NCBI GenBank assembly: GCA_001661245.1
Contig: KV454017.1
Span: forward strand, 837,903 to 901,902
Direction: 5' to 3'
Length of the DNA stretch: 64,000 nt
DNA from: Pachysolen tannophilus NRRL Y-2460
Lineage: Eukaryota
Position 1 is the first letter of the stretch. Each line of letters begins with the position of its first letter. This document shows positions 54,321 through 64,000 of the stretch, in pieces. The notes beneath the pieces were generated by a model. It made no database searches and was not told the origin of the DNA. It worked only from the letters and a program-made list of their open reading frames with translations. The translations under genes and the position numbers were made by a program.

Positions 54321-56200
54321 CAATCTTAGATTTATCGGTATAAAAGATCTTGTTTCCAACTAAATGCACAACTCACGCACAGTAAAATAAAAAAAAGAAA
54401 GAAAAAAAAAAAGAAAAAAAATTGAAATTGAACTGCTTGAAACCACTAAAAAAGACAAAGAATAAAAATAATAGCGGAATTAAAAGGTCCAATTAAGAAA
54501 GAGACTTAAAACTTCTGTATAAGATTAAATAAAACCCAAGTCTTTTAATCTATTAAAATTGTAATATTATTCAAGTATTTTTCTAATTGAAAATTGGTAA
54601 AACTAATAATAAGTAGATTAATTTTAAAAAAATATTTTGGGAAATTGGTAGTTGGGGATATTAATATTCCAGTTATCTTGATACAAAGCGGGAAAAGAAA
54701 ATCCCCCAAAAAAGAAAAAATATTATTATTATCTTTTGGAAACTGATGAAAGATTTAAATATTCTAGGATTACTGATTGAAAAAAGAAAGAATAATTGGA
54801 ATGAATCAAAGAAAGTTATTGCTAGAAAGTATTAAATAAACTGGTTTCTTATTGTTCTATTTGAACGCATGATAAGATTTACAGTGAGGAATGTACCCAT
54901 ATTTACTTAAATGTTGGTTTTACTGTTTTTTGTTAAATGATTTAAAATCATCATTTCTATTGTTATTGTTGACTTAATCATTCTTTGTAGGAGAGGGACA
55001 AATCCTTTTTCTGTAAATCTCAAATTATGGATAAGTCAGTATTCTAATTTAGTAGGTTGAGAGGTTTTCTTAGTTTTCATTTTGCGTATATTGCTACTCT
55101 GAACTAAAATAATGCACATTGGTTCTTTTTCATCGATAGATGAAAAAATTATTATCATAAAATTACAAGAAAAGAAAGATAAATGAATTAGTTTTGATAG
55201 TTATAGATTGTTGAGAATATATCTATTTATTATCTTGTCATGTATTAGTTATCAATAATTATGACTTTTTAGCCTTCTGATACTATTTTTTAAAAAATAA
55301 TTATTAATTGCACACACACGCATTATAAAACCTTAAATATATATATAAAAAAATAAAAGCAAAACAACTTTTTTTTTATTTTCTTTTTTTCACCCCAATG
55401 GAATGAATATAAAAAAATTAATCCAAAGTCATTATAACTACCAACCCTAATAGTTTCAATATATACAAACTCAATAAATCTTTCTTTTTGGTTTGTTTTG
55501 CATTTTTTCACTTTATAAAAAATAAAATGTATGTGGATATGTGTATATGTGTGCGGCTTAAAAAGTATAAAGAACAAAAAAAAAAAGTTTTTCGAATTTT
55601 GCCTTGAGTTGCATAGAAGAAGAAATTAAATTAAGTACATTAAACAGAAACAATTGAATGTAGAGAACTGTTACAAATAAGAAAGAAAACAGCAGCAGTT
55701 TCAAATTAAAAATTAAAAATTTCAAATCTCAGATTACAAAACTTATTCCCACTTTTACCAAACACAAAAAAATTTTTTTAAAGGAAGGAAGGAAGGAACA
55801 AAGGTTCTAAAAAAATTTTTTAAAAGTAATTTTCATCATCATCATCATCATCATCATTATTATTATTATTATTATTATTATTCCTTGTTTCTTTTTTAAA
55901 AGAAAAACATACATGTCGTGTGCATGAACTCAATCTTTAACCGTTTAAACTTTCTTCTTTTCTTTTTCTGTTTTTTTCTTTTCTCTTTTCATTAAATCCC
56001 CCCAAAACAACAGTAGTGCGTGATAAATCAAACAAATATTTAAAATATAAAAATATTGTTAGGTCGTGTGTATTTTAACCAAAAGTTTTAATTTTTTTTT
56101 ACATGCGGTACGAAATAGTAAGTACTAAATGAAAAAAAAAAAGAAGAAAAAAAATGTACTTTATTATATATATATATATATATATAGTATAGATAAGGTG

Positions 56201-56701
56201 ATGGAGAATATACTGAATGTAAAAAGTTTTGTGGCCCAGCTTGATGGTTCATTAGATGAGCTTGAACCGCTTGTGTTGGAGCTTTGCTCAAAGCCTTTGA
56301 ATGAGAGGTTAAGAAGTTTGGATAGATTAGAAAGAATAAAATTAACAAATAATTATTCTTATATACTTTCTTCATTAGTTTTCTCTTATTTGAAAACTTT
56401 AGGAATAGATACTGATAAGCATGAAATTATGGCTGAGTTAAATAGAGTCCAATCTTATATGAAAAGATTGAAAACGTTACAACTGGAACAAAAAAGGAAA
56501 CAACAAGAATTAAAAGAAAATAATGAATCAGCAAAAAAATTTATAAAGACACAATTATCCGGGAATTCAATAGTGGTGACGGGGAAACAAGAACCTGCCA
56601 TAAGTAAAGTATCTTTTGAAGGAAAACATACTAGATTTAATGAAAATGAAATTGAAAATGAAGAACCAGATTCAAAGAAAAGAAAAAAAATAAATAAATA
56701 A
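56201..56701 (+). CDS. LRP1: Exosome cofactor Lrp1/Rrp47 (C1D family; likely start ATG 56201)
   Basis: ERIKLTNNYSYILSSLVFSYLKTLGI, HEIMAELNRVQSYMKR and EPAISKVSFEGKHTRF. Confidence 0.88.
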   Translation: MENILNVKSFVAQLDGSLDELEPLVLELCSKPLNERLRSLDRLERIKLTNNYSYILSSLVFSYLKTLGIDTDKHEIMAELNRVQSYMKRLKTLQLEQKRKQQELKENNESAKKFIKTQLSGNSIVVTGKQEPAISKVSFEGKHTRFNENEIENEEPDSKKRKKINK

Positions 56702-57040
56702 ATAATTAAAATTTGTTTACGATGAAATTATCTTTTATTCTTTTTTAAATCATTATAATATTTTCTACAAGTATATTTATAGTAATGACAAATTATTTTA
56801 AGTTAATGACAAAAAAAAAAAAAAATAGAAATAATGCAATTCTAAATAGCTAAAAGAGAAGAAAGAAAAAAAAAAGAAAATTTTATCATTTTCTTTTTTC
56901 TTTTTTCTTTTTTTCAAAAAAAAAAAAAGTAAAATGATATATATAAAAAAACAATCATGAAGATAAATAACAGAATAAATGCAAAAAACAGCAATTGATG
57001 AAAAAAAAGTAAAAAAATAAAAGCATTCCATTCGTTTTCC

Positions 57041-58555
57041 TTATCGATGTAAAATATTTGTATCGTTGATTCTTTTAATCAAACTATCTATTTTTTCAAA
57101 ATTTGAATCTTTAAGAGCAAATGATCTATGTTTTGTTGAATTAATATGTTGATCAAACCCATCAAATTTAACACGACAATTTTCACAATAACCAGATTTA
57201 TCAGCTTTAATAAAATTTTGTTTTTTCTCTTTTTCCTTTTCTAATTTTTGTTTTTTCAAATGATGATCATCTTTAATAGATTTGGTTAAAGAATGACCAT
57301 CTGTAGTAGTTTTAGTAATTTTTTTATTTAATGATTTTAAAGCTTTTGAATAAACTTCAGCTTTTGTAGGAGCTAAACCATTATTACCAAATTCTTGTTG
57401 TGATTGTTGGGCAAAATTTGTATTACTGATTGCTGCTGATAAATTTGTTGATTGATTATTAATCCCTGAAGCTTGAATTTCAAAAAATTTACCGTTTTGA
57501 TTTGATAAGGGATAATATTGATGATTATGATTATTATGATTATTATTATGATTATTATTAGTCAAATATGTTTGTGATTCCATGCGATTTAAAATAGGCT
57601 GTTGTTGCATAATTTTTTGTTCTAGGTCTTGAGCAGATGGTTGATTTATTATTTCCAGATCTATAATTTCTTGTACATCATTTTTTTTAATAATTTTCTC
57701 CTTTGAAGTAGAATCAGTACTTTTTAATTCTAATTCAGCAGCTGATTGTGATGATGACATTGTTGAATTTGAATAGAAAGAATCATCAATCTCATCTGAA
57801 TCCAAACAATCAAAAGCTCTTTTTTTAGGTATAATTTTTGCTGAAGCTTTAACCAATTTTTTTCTATAATTTTTATTTTGATCTAAAAATTGTTTTCTTT
57901 GAAGTTGTCTTTTCAAACTATCATTTGAAGGATCCTCAATAAATGGAGATCTCCCATTTGTTGAAGCATATAATTGAGGGAAAACAGCATCTTCATCGTT
58001 AAGTTTAGTAGACCATTCTCTAACTGCAGTTGGTCTATGAACTTGCTGAATATCATAACAGAAAAAATAAATTCCTTTAAAATAATGGAAATCATCACGT
58101 TTTGCTGAAGGATCTCTATCTATTGGACCATATAATTTCTCTTCTTTTAATAATAAAGATAAATCTTGTTGTTGTCTATTATTTGTTGTTCTTAAAGGTG
58201 AACCACCTAAATTTTTTAAAAACCTAAAAACTTTTTCATATGACCAAACTTTTAAATCATTTCTTCTAGCAATATTGAAAACGTCATTAGGTCTATAATC
58301 TGCACTTTTCTTATATGGAACTCTTGATACTATTATGGTCACATCATTATCGAAAAAAGGTGTTACTTTAGCGCCAACATTACTAAAAGCCAGTGTTGCC
58401 CTTTCTGTTTCCAATCTTTCTAATATACTACTATCACCACCATGGAAATATATGACACTCTCCTTCATGATCTTCTTCCACGAATCTTGCCATTGCTTAA
58501 ACTTATCACCAGTTAACCTCTCCAATTGACCATTATTGTTATTATTATTATTATT

Positions 58556-58588
<33 letters not shown>

Positions 58589-58711
58589 AAACGACCTGTG
58601 TGATATTGAAACATGTTGCTGTCTCTTGAACCCCAACGAGCCATTATTATTGGTGACATTCGTCTGGTCCCTTAACGGGATCCTTGAAGATGAAACACTG
58701 TTGCTTTCCAT
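57041..58711 (-). CDS. DBF4: Cdc7 kinase regulatory subunit Dbf4
   Basis: Motif N (FFDNDVTIIVSR, KVWSYEKVFRFL), motif M (YFKGIYFFCYDIQQVHRPTAVREW, GRSPFI) and motif C zinc finger (GYCENCRVKF...H...H). Confidence 0.93.
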
Positions 58712-59446
58712 TATATTAAGTTTTTTTGCACCACACAGATCCTCCTAGTATTGATAAAACATACAATTGAAATAATAAATCTATCTATCAATATTATATA
58801 TAGAAGAAAACCTAAAAACCTACTCTTGCTCTCTTTATTTCCTTCTTTCTTTCTCTCACTGTTTTCTTTTTTCTTTTAAATTTTTTTTTTTCCTTTGGTT
58901 TTTGATTTTATATCTAACCAATTTTTCTCTAAACACTATCTTCTACTCACCTATATAGATTCCACTCTCTTACCTTCTCTGCTTATTCTTATAATTTTGA
59001 TACCTCTCTCTTTTTTAGATGGTGTTAATAATAATAATTAGACGCGCTCAGAAAAAAATCAAAACAGTCAACAGAGAGACAGACGAAACCGGAAAAAAAA
59101 AGAAAAAAAGAAAAAATTCCCCAAACCATTTACCGTGTCAATAAGTGTAACAGAAAGAAAAGAAATCTGTCATCGGAACTGCTTCCTGATTTGGACATTT
59201 ATAGTTTTTCAAACACGACCTTAAAGACGTTTAAAAAATATGGTGTGGGGTGTAAATTTAGAGTGGTGTAGGACTTTGTTCTGCAAGGAGGAAAAGACCA
59301 AAAAAAATTAAAAAAAACAGAAAAAAAAGTAAAAAAAGGAGGAGCAAGGGCTGGAAGGGTATTTATTTTACAGGAGGATATCATATATAGTAATAATAAT
59401 ACCGGTATTTTGAATAGCGGTTAATGGTTTACATGGCAACGGTAAA

Positions 59447-59989
59447 ATGTTGAGGTCGAGGAATATAACACAAATACTCTTGGAGTCGATTCAGCCTATT
59501 TCAGGTTTAGCGCCTTTATCGGCATCACTTTTATCTGTTAACGGGCAGCCATTATGTTCTGTATTTAGCAAAGAATATGATAATAATGTTTCTAATAAGG
59601 AACAAGACGAGTTATCATCGTTTGATCCAATGGATAATTTGAATATATATTCTTTGATAGCGGTGAATAAGTTTAGAGAATGTACGGTTGATGATGGGAA
59701 TAAAGATGGTTGGATGATTGTGCAATTGGATAATGGGTATTATTTAGCTTTAAAAAAATTGAAATTGTTACTGTCACTGTCACTGTCAGTGACACTGGCG
59801 CTGTCGCAATCACTGTCGCTGAGTCTGCTGCTGGAGTCGGTAGGAAAGGAAGATGATGATTCACCTTTGATACTAATGTTGGTTTGTGATGATGGGTTTC
59901 CAAAGAAAATAAGCAAGTTGAAATTAGATAGAGTATCCGAGGTTTTAGAAAAAGGATTGAAAGGTTATAAGGCCAATAGTGATAATTAA
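59447..59989 (+). CDS. Roadblock-fold protein, probably EGO complex subunit Slm4/Ego3
   Basis: MLRSRNITQILLESIQP, LSASLLSVNGQPL, DNLNIYSLIA and C-terminal LKLDRVSEVLEKGLKGY resemble Slm4/Ego3. Confidence 0.55.
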   Translation: MLRSRNITQILLESIQPISGLAPLSASLLSVNGQPLCSVFSKEYDNNVSNKEQDELSSFDPMDNLNIYSLIAVNKFRECTVDDGNKDGWMIVQLDNGYYLALKKLKLLLSLSLSVTLALSQSLSLSLLLESVGKEDDDSPLILMLVCDDGFPKKISKLKLDRVSEVLEKGLKGYKANSDN

Positions 59990-60587
59990 GTTTATAATTT
60001 ATTAGATTAAAATTGAATTTTACTACATTTTTATTTGACCAAATGACGATTTATTCCAAAAATAAAAAAAGAATATTACCAATAAGTGAAGATAAGAATA
60101 GAAAAAATAAAGATAAAAAAAATAAAAAAAAAAAGTGAAATATTAAAAGCCGAACAAAAAGTCGAGCTATTTTTTCAGCTTGACAGGACAATTAAAAAGA
60201 TAAAAATAAAAACGTATATATGGATATTATATAAAAAGATAATAATAAAAATAATAGTAATTATAATAATAAAAATAAGATAAAAAAAAAAATTAAAACA
60301 AGCTTAGTTGACCCAAAATAATAAAAATGAACTAATAATCATGAATAATAAAAATAAAATTAAAATAAAAAAAAAAAACGCAAACGCAAACGCAAACATG
60401 AGGGAACAGAATCCTTTAAACACAAATCTAATACAACATTAATTAGTTTCGCACTTCTCAAACCAAGCTTATTAAATTAAGAAAAAGTACAAAGAATTTT
60501 TTCTCTTTTATTTTTTTTTTTTTTTTATTTATTTAGTTGTTTTGTTTCAGAAACAAAAAAAAAAATTTTTATTTTTTTCACCCTTCC

Positions 60588-61304
60588 TCACTTGCTGTCC
60601 TCGTTAGATGATAACTCCTCATCTTCATCTTCATCATCGTTTTCTTCAACGTCGTCCATTATGCTATCGTCATCATCAAAACTTTCATCTTCTTCTGAAT
60701 CGTACCAAAAATCATCATCAACAGTTTCTTCTTCTTCTTCTGGTCTTGATGATGAATAAGCTGAATCACCAGCAGTTGGCATCACAAAATCTTTTGGTAT
60801 ATCTTGTTTTGATCTATCAACTTCTTGTTTAACCCTTTGTTTGTATTTTTCTGGATTTTTCCTCCAATCCACTGCAGCATCAACATTTGCCGGAGATGAA
60901 ATATTTGGATCTTCTAATAATGAAACTATTGATATCAATACTGATTCAACAGTTTGAGCAGGAGACCATGTTTCCGAGTCTGGTTCTTCTGAGGTAGGGT
61001 CGCCGCCCTGATGTAAAATAGAAATGCAAAGTCTCCCATCTCTATAAACATTTGGATGATATATTGGAGGTGTAAATCTAAAAGTTGGAGGAGAAAAGGG
61101 GAAATCCGATGGGAATTTCATCTGTGCTTTAAAATAACCGCCATTATAAACTGATTCTTCATTTAAAACCATAACGCCAACGTTCCATAAAAAAATATTA
61201 TCATTTTCTAATTCAATATGAAATGATGGAACTCCTTTCTTAGGGTCCGTTAGTTCACGAAATTGCCGCAATAAAAGCGAAGCTGCTGCTGTAGAAGATG
61301 ACAT
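60588..61304 (-). CDS. CDC34: Ubiquitin-conjugating enzyme Cdc34
   Basis: IYHPNVYRDGRLCISILH (catalytic Cys), acidic loop, TWSPAQTVESVLISIVSLL and an acidic tail. Confidence 0.95.
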   Translation of the reverse strand: MSSSTAAASLLLRQFRELTDPKKGVPSFHIELENDNIFLWNVGVMVLNEESVYNGGYFKAQMKFPSDFPFSPPTFRFTPPIYHPNVYRDGRLCISILHQGGDPTSEEPDSETWSPAQTVESVLISIVSLLEDPNISSPANVDAAVDWRKNPEKYKQRVKQEVDRSKQDIPKDFVMPTAGDSAYSSSRPEEEEETVDDDFWYDSEEDESFDDDDSIMDDVEENDDEDEDEELSSNEDSK

Positions 61305-61395
61305 AATTTATAATTTAAAACTTTGATTTTCTTTTGTTTTTGTCTTTTTCCTTTTTTCTCTCTCTCTCTCTCTCTCTCTATTTATTACTAATGAC

Positions 61396-61673
61396 CTGAA
61401 AAGCAGCTCCATATAATAATACAGTTAGTATTCTAGGGAACAACAAAATAATAATAAAAAAAAAATTAAAAAATTAAAAATAAAAATAAAAATTTTGACT
61501 GCTAAAAGACTTTATTTTATTGTATGTATGTACCTTTTTTCTTTTCCTTGGTATATGAAGAGTAAATATTTTTTTTTACTGCTAACTTTAAAGAAATAAA
61601 ACCTTTAATAAATAAAAACTCCAACAAACAATATAAATATAATTATAAATAATTTATTATAGATGAAACTTAC
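61396..61673 (-). other. Predicted 5'-UTR intron of CDC34 (278 nt)
   Basis: Minus strand has GTAAGT at 61673, TACTAAC at 61430-61424, and a TTTTCAG acceptor ending at 61396, 91 nt upstream of the ATG. Confidence 0.7.
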
Positions 61674-61789
61674 AGCTTTATTTTCTATTATTAATATATT
61701 TTCAAGTTATATATTTTTTAAATAAATAAAATAGTAATAAAATTAACCGCTATTTGGTTTTCTTTCAAAAATGGAATACCAAATTATTA

Positions 61790-61830
<41 letters not shown>

Positions 61831-62504
61831 TAGTCGTATTTTTTTTCTTTTTTTTACTGCTTTTGAACTTCACCCACCTCTCCTGTTGTATGTGTTTTGT
61901 AATCGTGAGCTCCCGCCCAACATAGGTCCCTACTTGTATTTCTAACACTACTTTTGTTTTTTTGTTTTGTTTTCTTTGTGTTTATTCCTCATTTCATTCC
62001 CCTTTGCGACAAATTTGAAAAGAAAAAAAAAAAGGGAACACTACGCACTACTTTTTTAATTATTTTTTTTATTTTATTGTTCGGATTTCAAGGGTTTCTT
62101 TTTTTTTTTTTTTTTTTTTCTTGTGCAATCAATTACTAGGACAAATCACAGAAATAGTGGGAAATCGTAAAAAAAAAAAAATGGTGGTCGGAGCAAGACG
62201 GGGGACGGGGCATGATTATGTGGGGCATAAATTTTGTGAAACAAAAATAGACGTTTTACTTTTAGGGGCTGTAAGCTGTCCTGTGTTCTTCTTTTTTTGT
62301 TTTTTCTTTTTCTTCCAGAACAATAGGGGTGTTATGTCCTGCATATTTTTCGTTAACAATTTTAAGCTTAACTTTATAACGAGCTAAAATTGATGAGCAA
62401 AACCGGACATAAATATGATCTAGGTACGAAATATATATATATGTATTTCTTATAACAAAAAAGAATTGAAAAATTTTTATATTATTAATTAAAATTCGGT
62501 TATC

Positions 62505-63515
62505 ATGTTCACACCAGTGGAAACTTCTATTGGGGCCTTGTTGATCCAGTTTGCAACAACGTCTTATATGTTACAAGTTGGAAGACTGGTTGGGTTTTCA
62601 TCTATACTATACAACTCTATTACTAAACCAAATGTTTATGATTTGTCAATACTGATTGGTCTACTCAGTTCTGCATATATTGTTAAATTAATTTTCCCAG
62701 AATTTATACCTTTATATAACCAATATATTAATATCAAATGGTATATAGTTAGTGGATTATTAGTTGGTATTGGAACTCAATTTGGTTGTGGATGTACTTC
62801 TGGTCATGTAATTGCAGGTTTAAGTAGATTAAGAAAGAGAAGTATTATTGCTACAATTTTTCTTTTTGCAACTGCAATGTTAGTTGTAAATTATTTTAAA
62901 TTAGGTGAAAATTGTTATAATCTTGGTAAATTAGATTATTGTATTAAATATGATAAATTTTTCATAAAATTTTATAAAAATCGAAAAATTTTAGTTGAAT
63001 TATTAATGAGTTCTTTCTTATTGACTTATTTTATTTTACCATTTATTACAAAGAAATTGAATAAATTTGGTAATGGTGGTTTGATAAATAAATTTTTAAT
63101 AATTATCAATGGACTTTATAGTGGATGTTTATTTGGTCTTGGATTAGCTATATCTGGAATGTCATCTCCTTCAAAGACAATAGGTTTTTTAGCAATTTTC
63201 CAACAAAAAAAATTTGACCCATCATTATCGTTAATTATATTGTTTACAGTAATTCCAAATTATTTTGTTTGGAAATTCAAAATTTTTAACAAAAATAATA
63301 AACCAATTTTAAATCAATCATTTTCCTTAAATAAATCAAATCAAATACCTAAAAAATTCATATTGGGAAATATATTATTCGGTTTAGGTTGGGGTATAAT
63401 GGGTATATGTCCAGGACCTGGATTAATGGGGGTTATATTCAATGGTAATAACGGTTTAGCATGGTTTATCAATTTTATATTAGGTTATTTCTTTGCTAAA
63501 TGTATCTGTATTTAA
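62505..63515 (+). CDS. YeeE/YedE-family sulfur-compound (thiosulfate) transporter-like membrane protein
   Basis: MFTPVETSIGALL, GLLVGIGTQFGCGCTSGH, FGLGLAISGM, FDPSL and GNILFGLGWGIMGICPGPG, with multiple TM helices. Confidence 0.85.
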   Translation: MFTPVETSIGALLIQFATTSYMLQVGRLVGFSSILYNSITKPNVYDLSILIGLLSSAYIVKLIFPEFIPLYNQYINIKWYIVSGLLVGIGTQFGCGCTSGHVIAGLSRLRKRSIIATIFLFATAMLVVNYFKLGENCYNLGKLDYCIKYDKFFIKFYKNRKILVELLMSSFLLTYFILPFITKKLNKFGNGGLINKFLIIINGLYSGCLFGLGLAISGMSSPSKTIGFLAIFQQKKFDPSLSLIILFTVIPNYFVWKFKIFNKNNKPILNQSFSLNKSNQIPKKFILGNILFGLGWGIMGICPGPGLMGVIFNGNNGLAWFINFILGYFFAKCICI

Positions 63516-63709
63516 AAGAAAAGAAAAAAATAAATAAGTTATTATCATTCAGTTTTATAAGCAAGTTGCTCAGTGTATATGTAGTAGCTATTTATTGACA
63601 AAAAAATTCATTTTTAAAAATGAATAAAGAAAGAAAAAAAATAAAAGAAAATAAAAAAAAAATAAAAGAAAGAGAATAAATAAATAATCAGAGTAAAACT
63701 TGTATCTTC

Positions 63710-64000
63710 TTAAGCAGTTTCAAAAATTAAACTTCTAACTTGATACATTTCATTGGATTCTTCAATATCTTCCCAATTTCCAATATAATCATCTTTACCT
63801 CTGACAATTCCAGGTAAAGTTTTACCTCTAGAATACCTTTTCCAAATTTTTTTCGCTTCTTCATCTGTACCCAAATCTCTCATTGTGAATTCAACTTTAT
63901 TTGCTTTTAAAATGGTGATAAGCCTGTTCGTTCTTGTGGCAATCTGGAAACCACCAGCTAACGAAGTATATAAATATACTGGTTCATCCTCATAAGTTAG
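63710..64000 (-). CDS. 3' end of an SH3BGR/glutaredoxin-like (thioredoxin-fold) protein; 5' part lies outside the window
   Basis: Manual translation: LTYEDEPVYLYTSLAGGFQIATRTNRLITILKANKVEFTMRDLGTDEEAKKIWKRYSRGKTLPGIVRGKDDYIGNWEDIEESNEMYQVRSLIFETA*. Confidence 0.7.
   Translation of the reverse strand, partial: LTYEDEPVYLYTSLAGGFQIATRTNRLITILKANKVEFTMRDLGTDEEAKKIWKRYSRGKTLPGIVRGKDDYIGNWEDIEESNEMYQVRSLIFETA

Noticed and set aside
54741..54776. TGATGA...CTGA resembling C/D snoRNA boxes
   Set aside because: Only about 35 nt apart, with no terminal stem or recognisable rRNA guide.
59041..59047. ACGCG MCB-like core upstream of DBF4
   Set aside because: A single imperfect copy (ACGCGC); too weak to call.
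34041..59833. CUG-Ser (Candida-type) code as the explanation for the odd CTG usage
   Set aside because: The informative conserved sites (EPALSF, SAKKAEL) and the QA/PA/AS tracts fit Ala better, though only a few sites were examined.

Overview
Very AT-rich nuclear DNA from a budding yeast (Saccharomycotina), with a 600-N scaffold gap at 42601-43200. It holds about 28 protein-coding genes: MYO1 (5' part), COX6, an orphan mitochondrial protein, NSP1, GPM1, GYP6, RRN6, an OCRL-type inositol 5-phosphatase, MHP1, RCN1, CIC1, ELF1, BUD22, PCP1, SRC1/HEH1, SAM35, STE12, KSP1, GPI8, IRC3, UBX5, a Dep1/Sds3-like gene, LRP1, DBF4, an SLM4/EGO3-like gene, CDC34, a YeeE/YedE transporter and the 3' end of an SH3BGR-like gene. 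There is also one tRNA-Asp(GTC). Five spliceosomal introns with TACTAAC branchpoints are missed by the ORF track. Main observations: (1) CTG appears to encode alanine, so the organism is probably a CUG-Ala-clade yeast such as Pachysolen tannophilus, and the supplied translations are wrong at CTG. (2) SRC1 intron 2 has overlapping non-canonical donors followed by a stretch open in two frames, matching the Src1-L/Src1-S alternative splicing of S. cerevisiae. (3) Two recurrent, unassigned promoter motifs are present: gene-oriented GTCGTGY and TTAACCGCT. (4) There is a Mcm1-Fkh element upstream of MYO1, a PRE cluster upstream of STE12 and a 5'-UTR intron in CDC34. All gene names come from remembered motifs; no database search was run.
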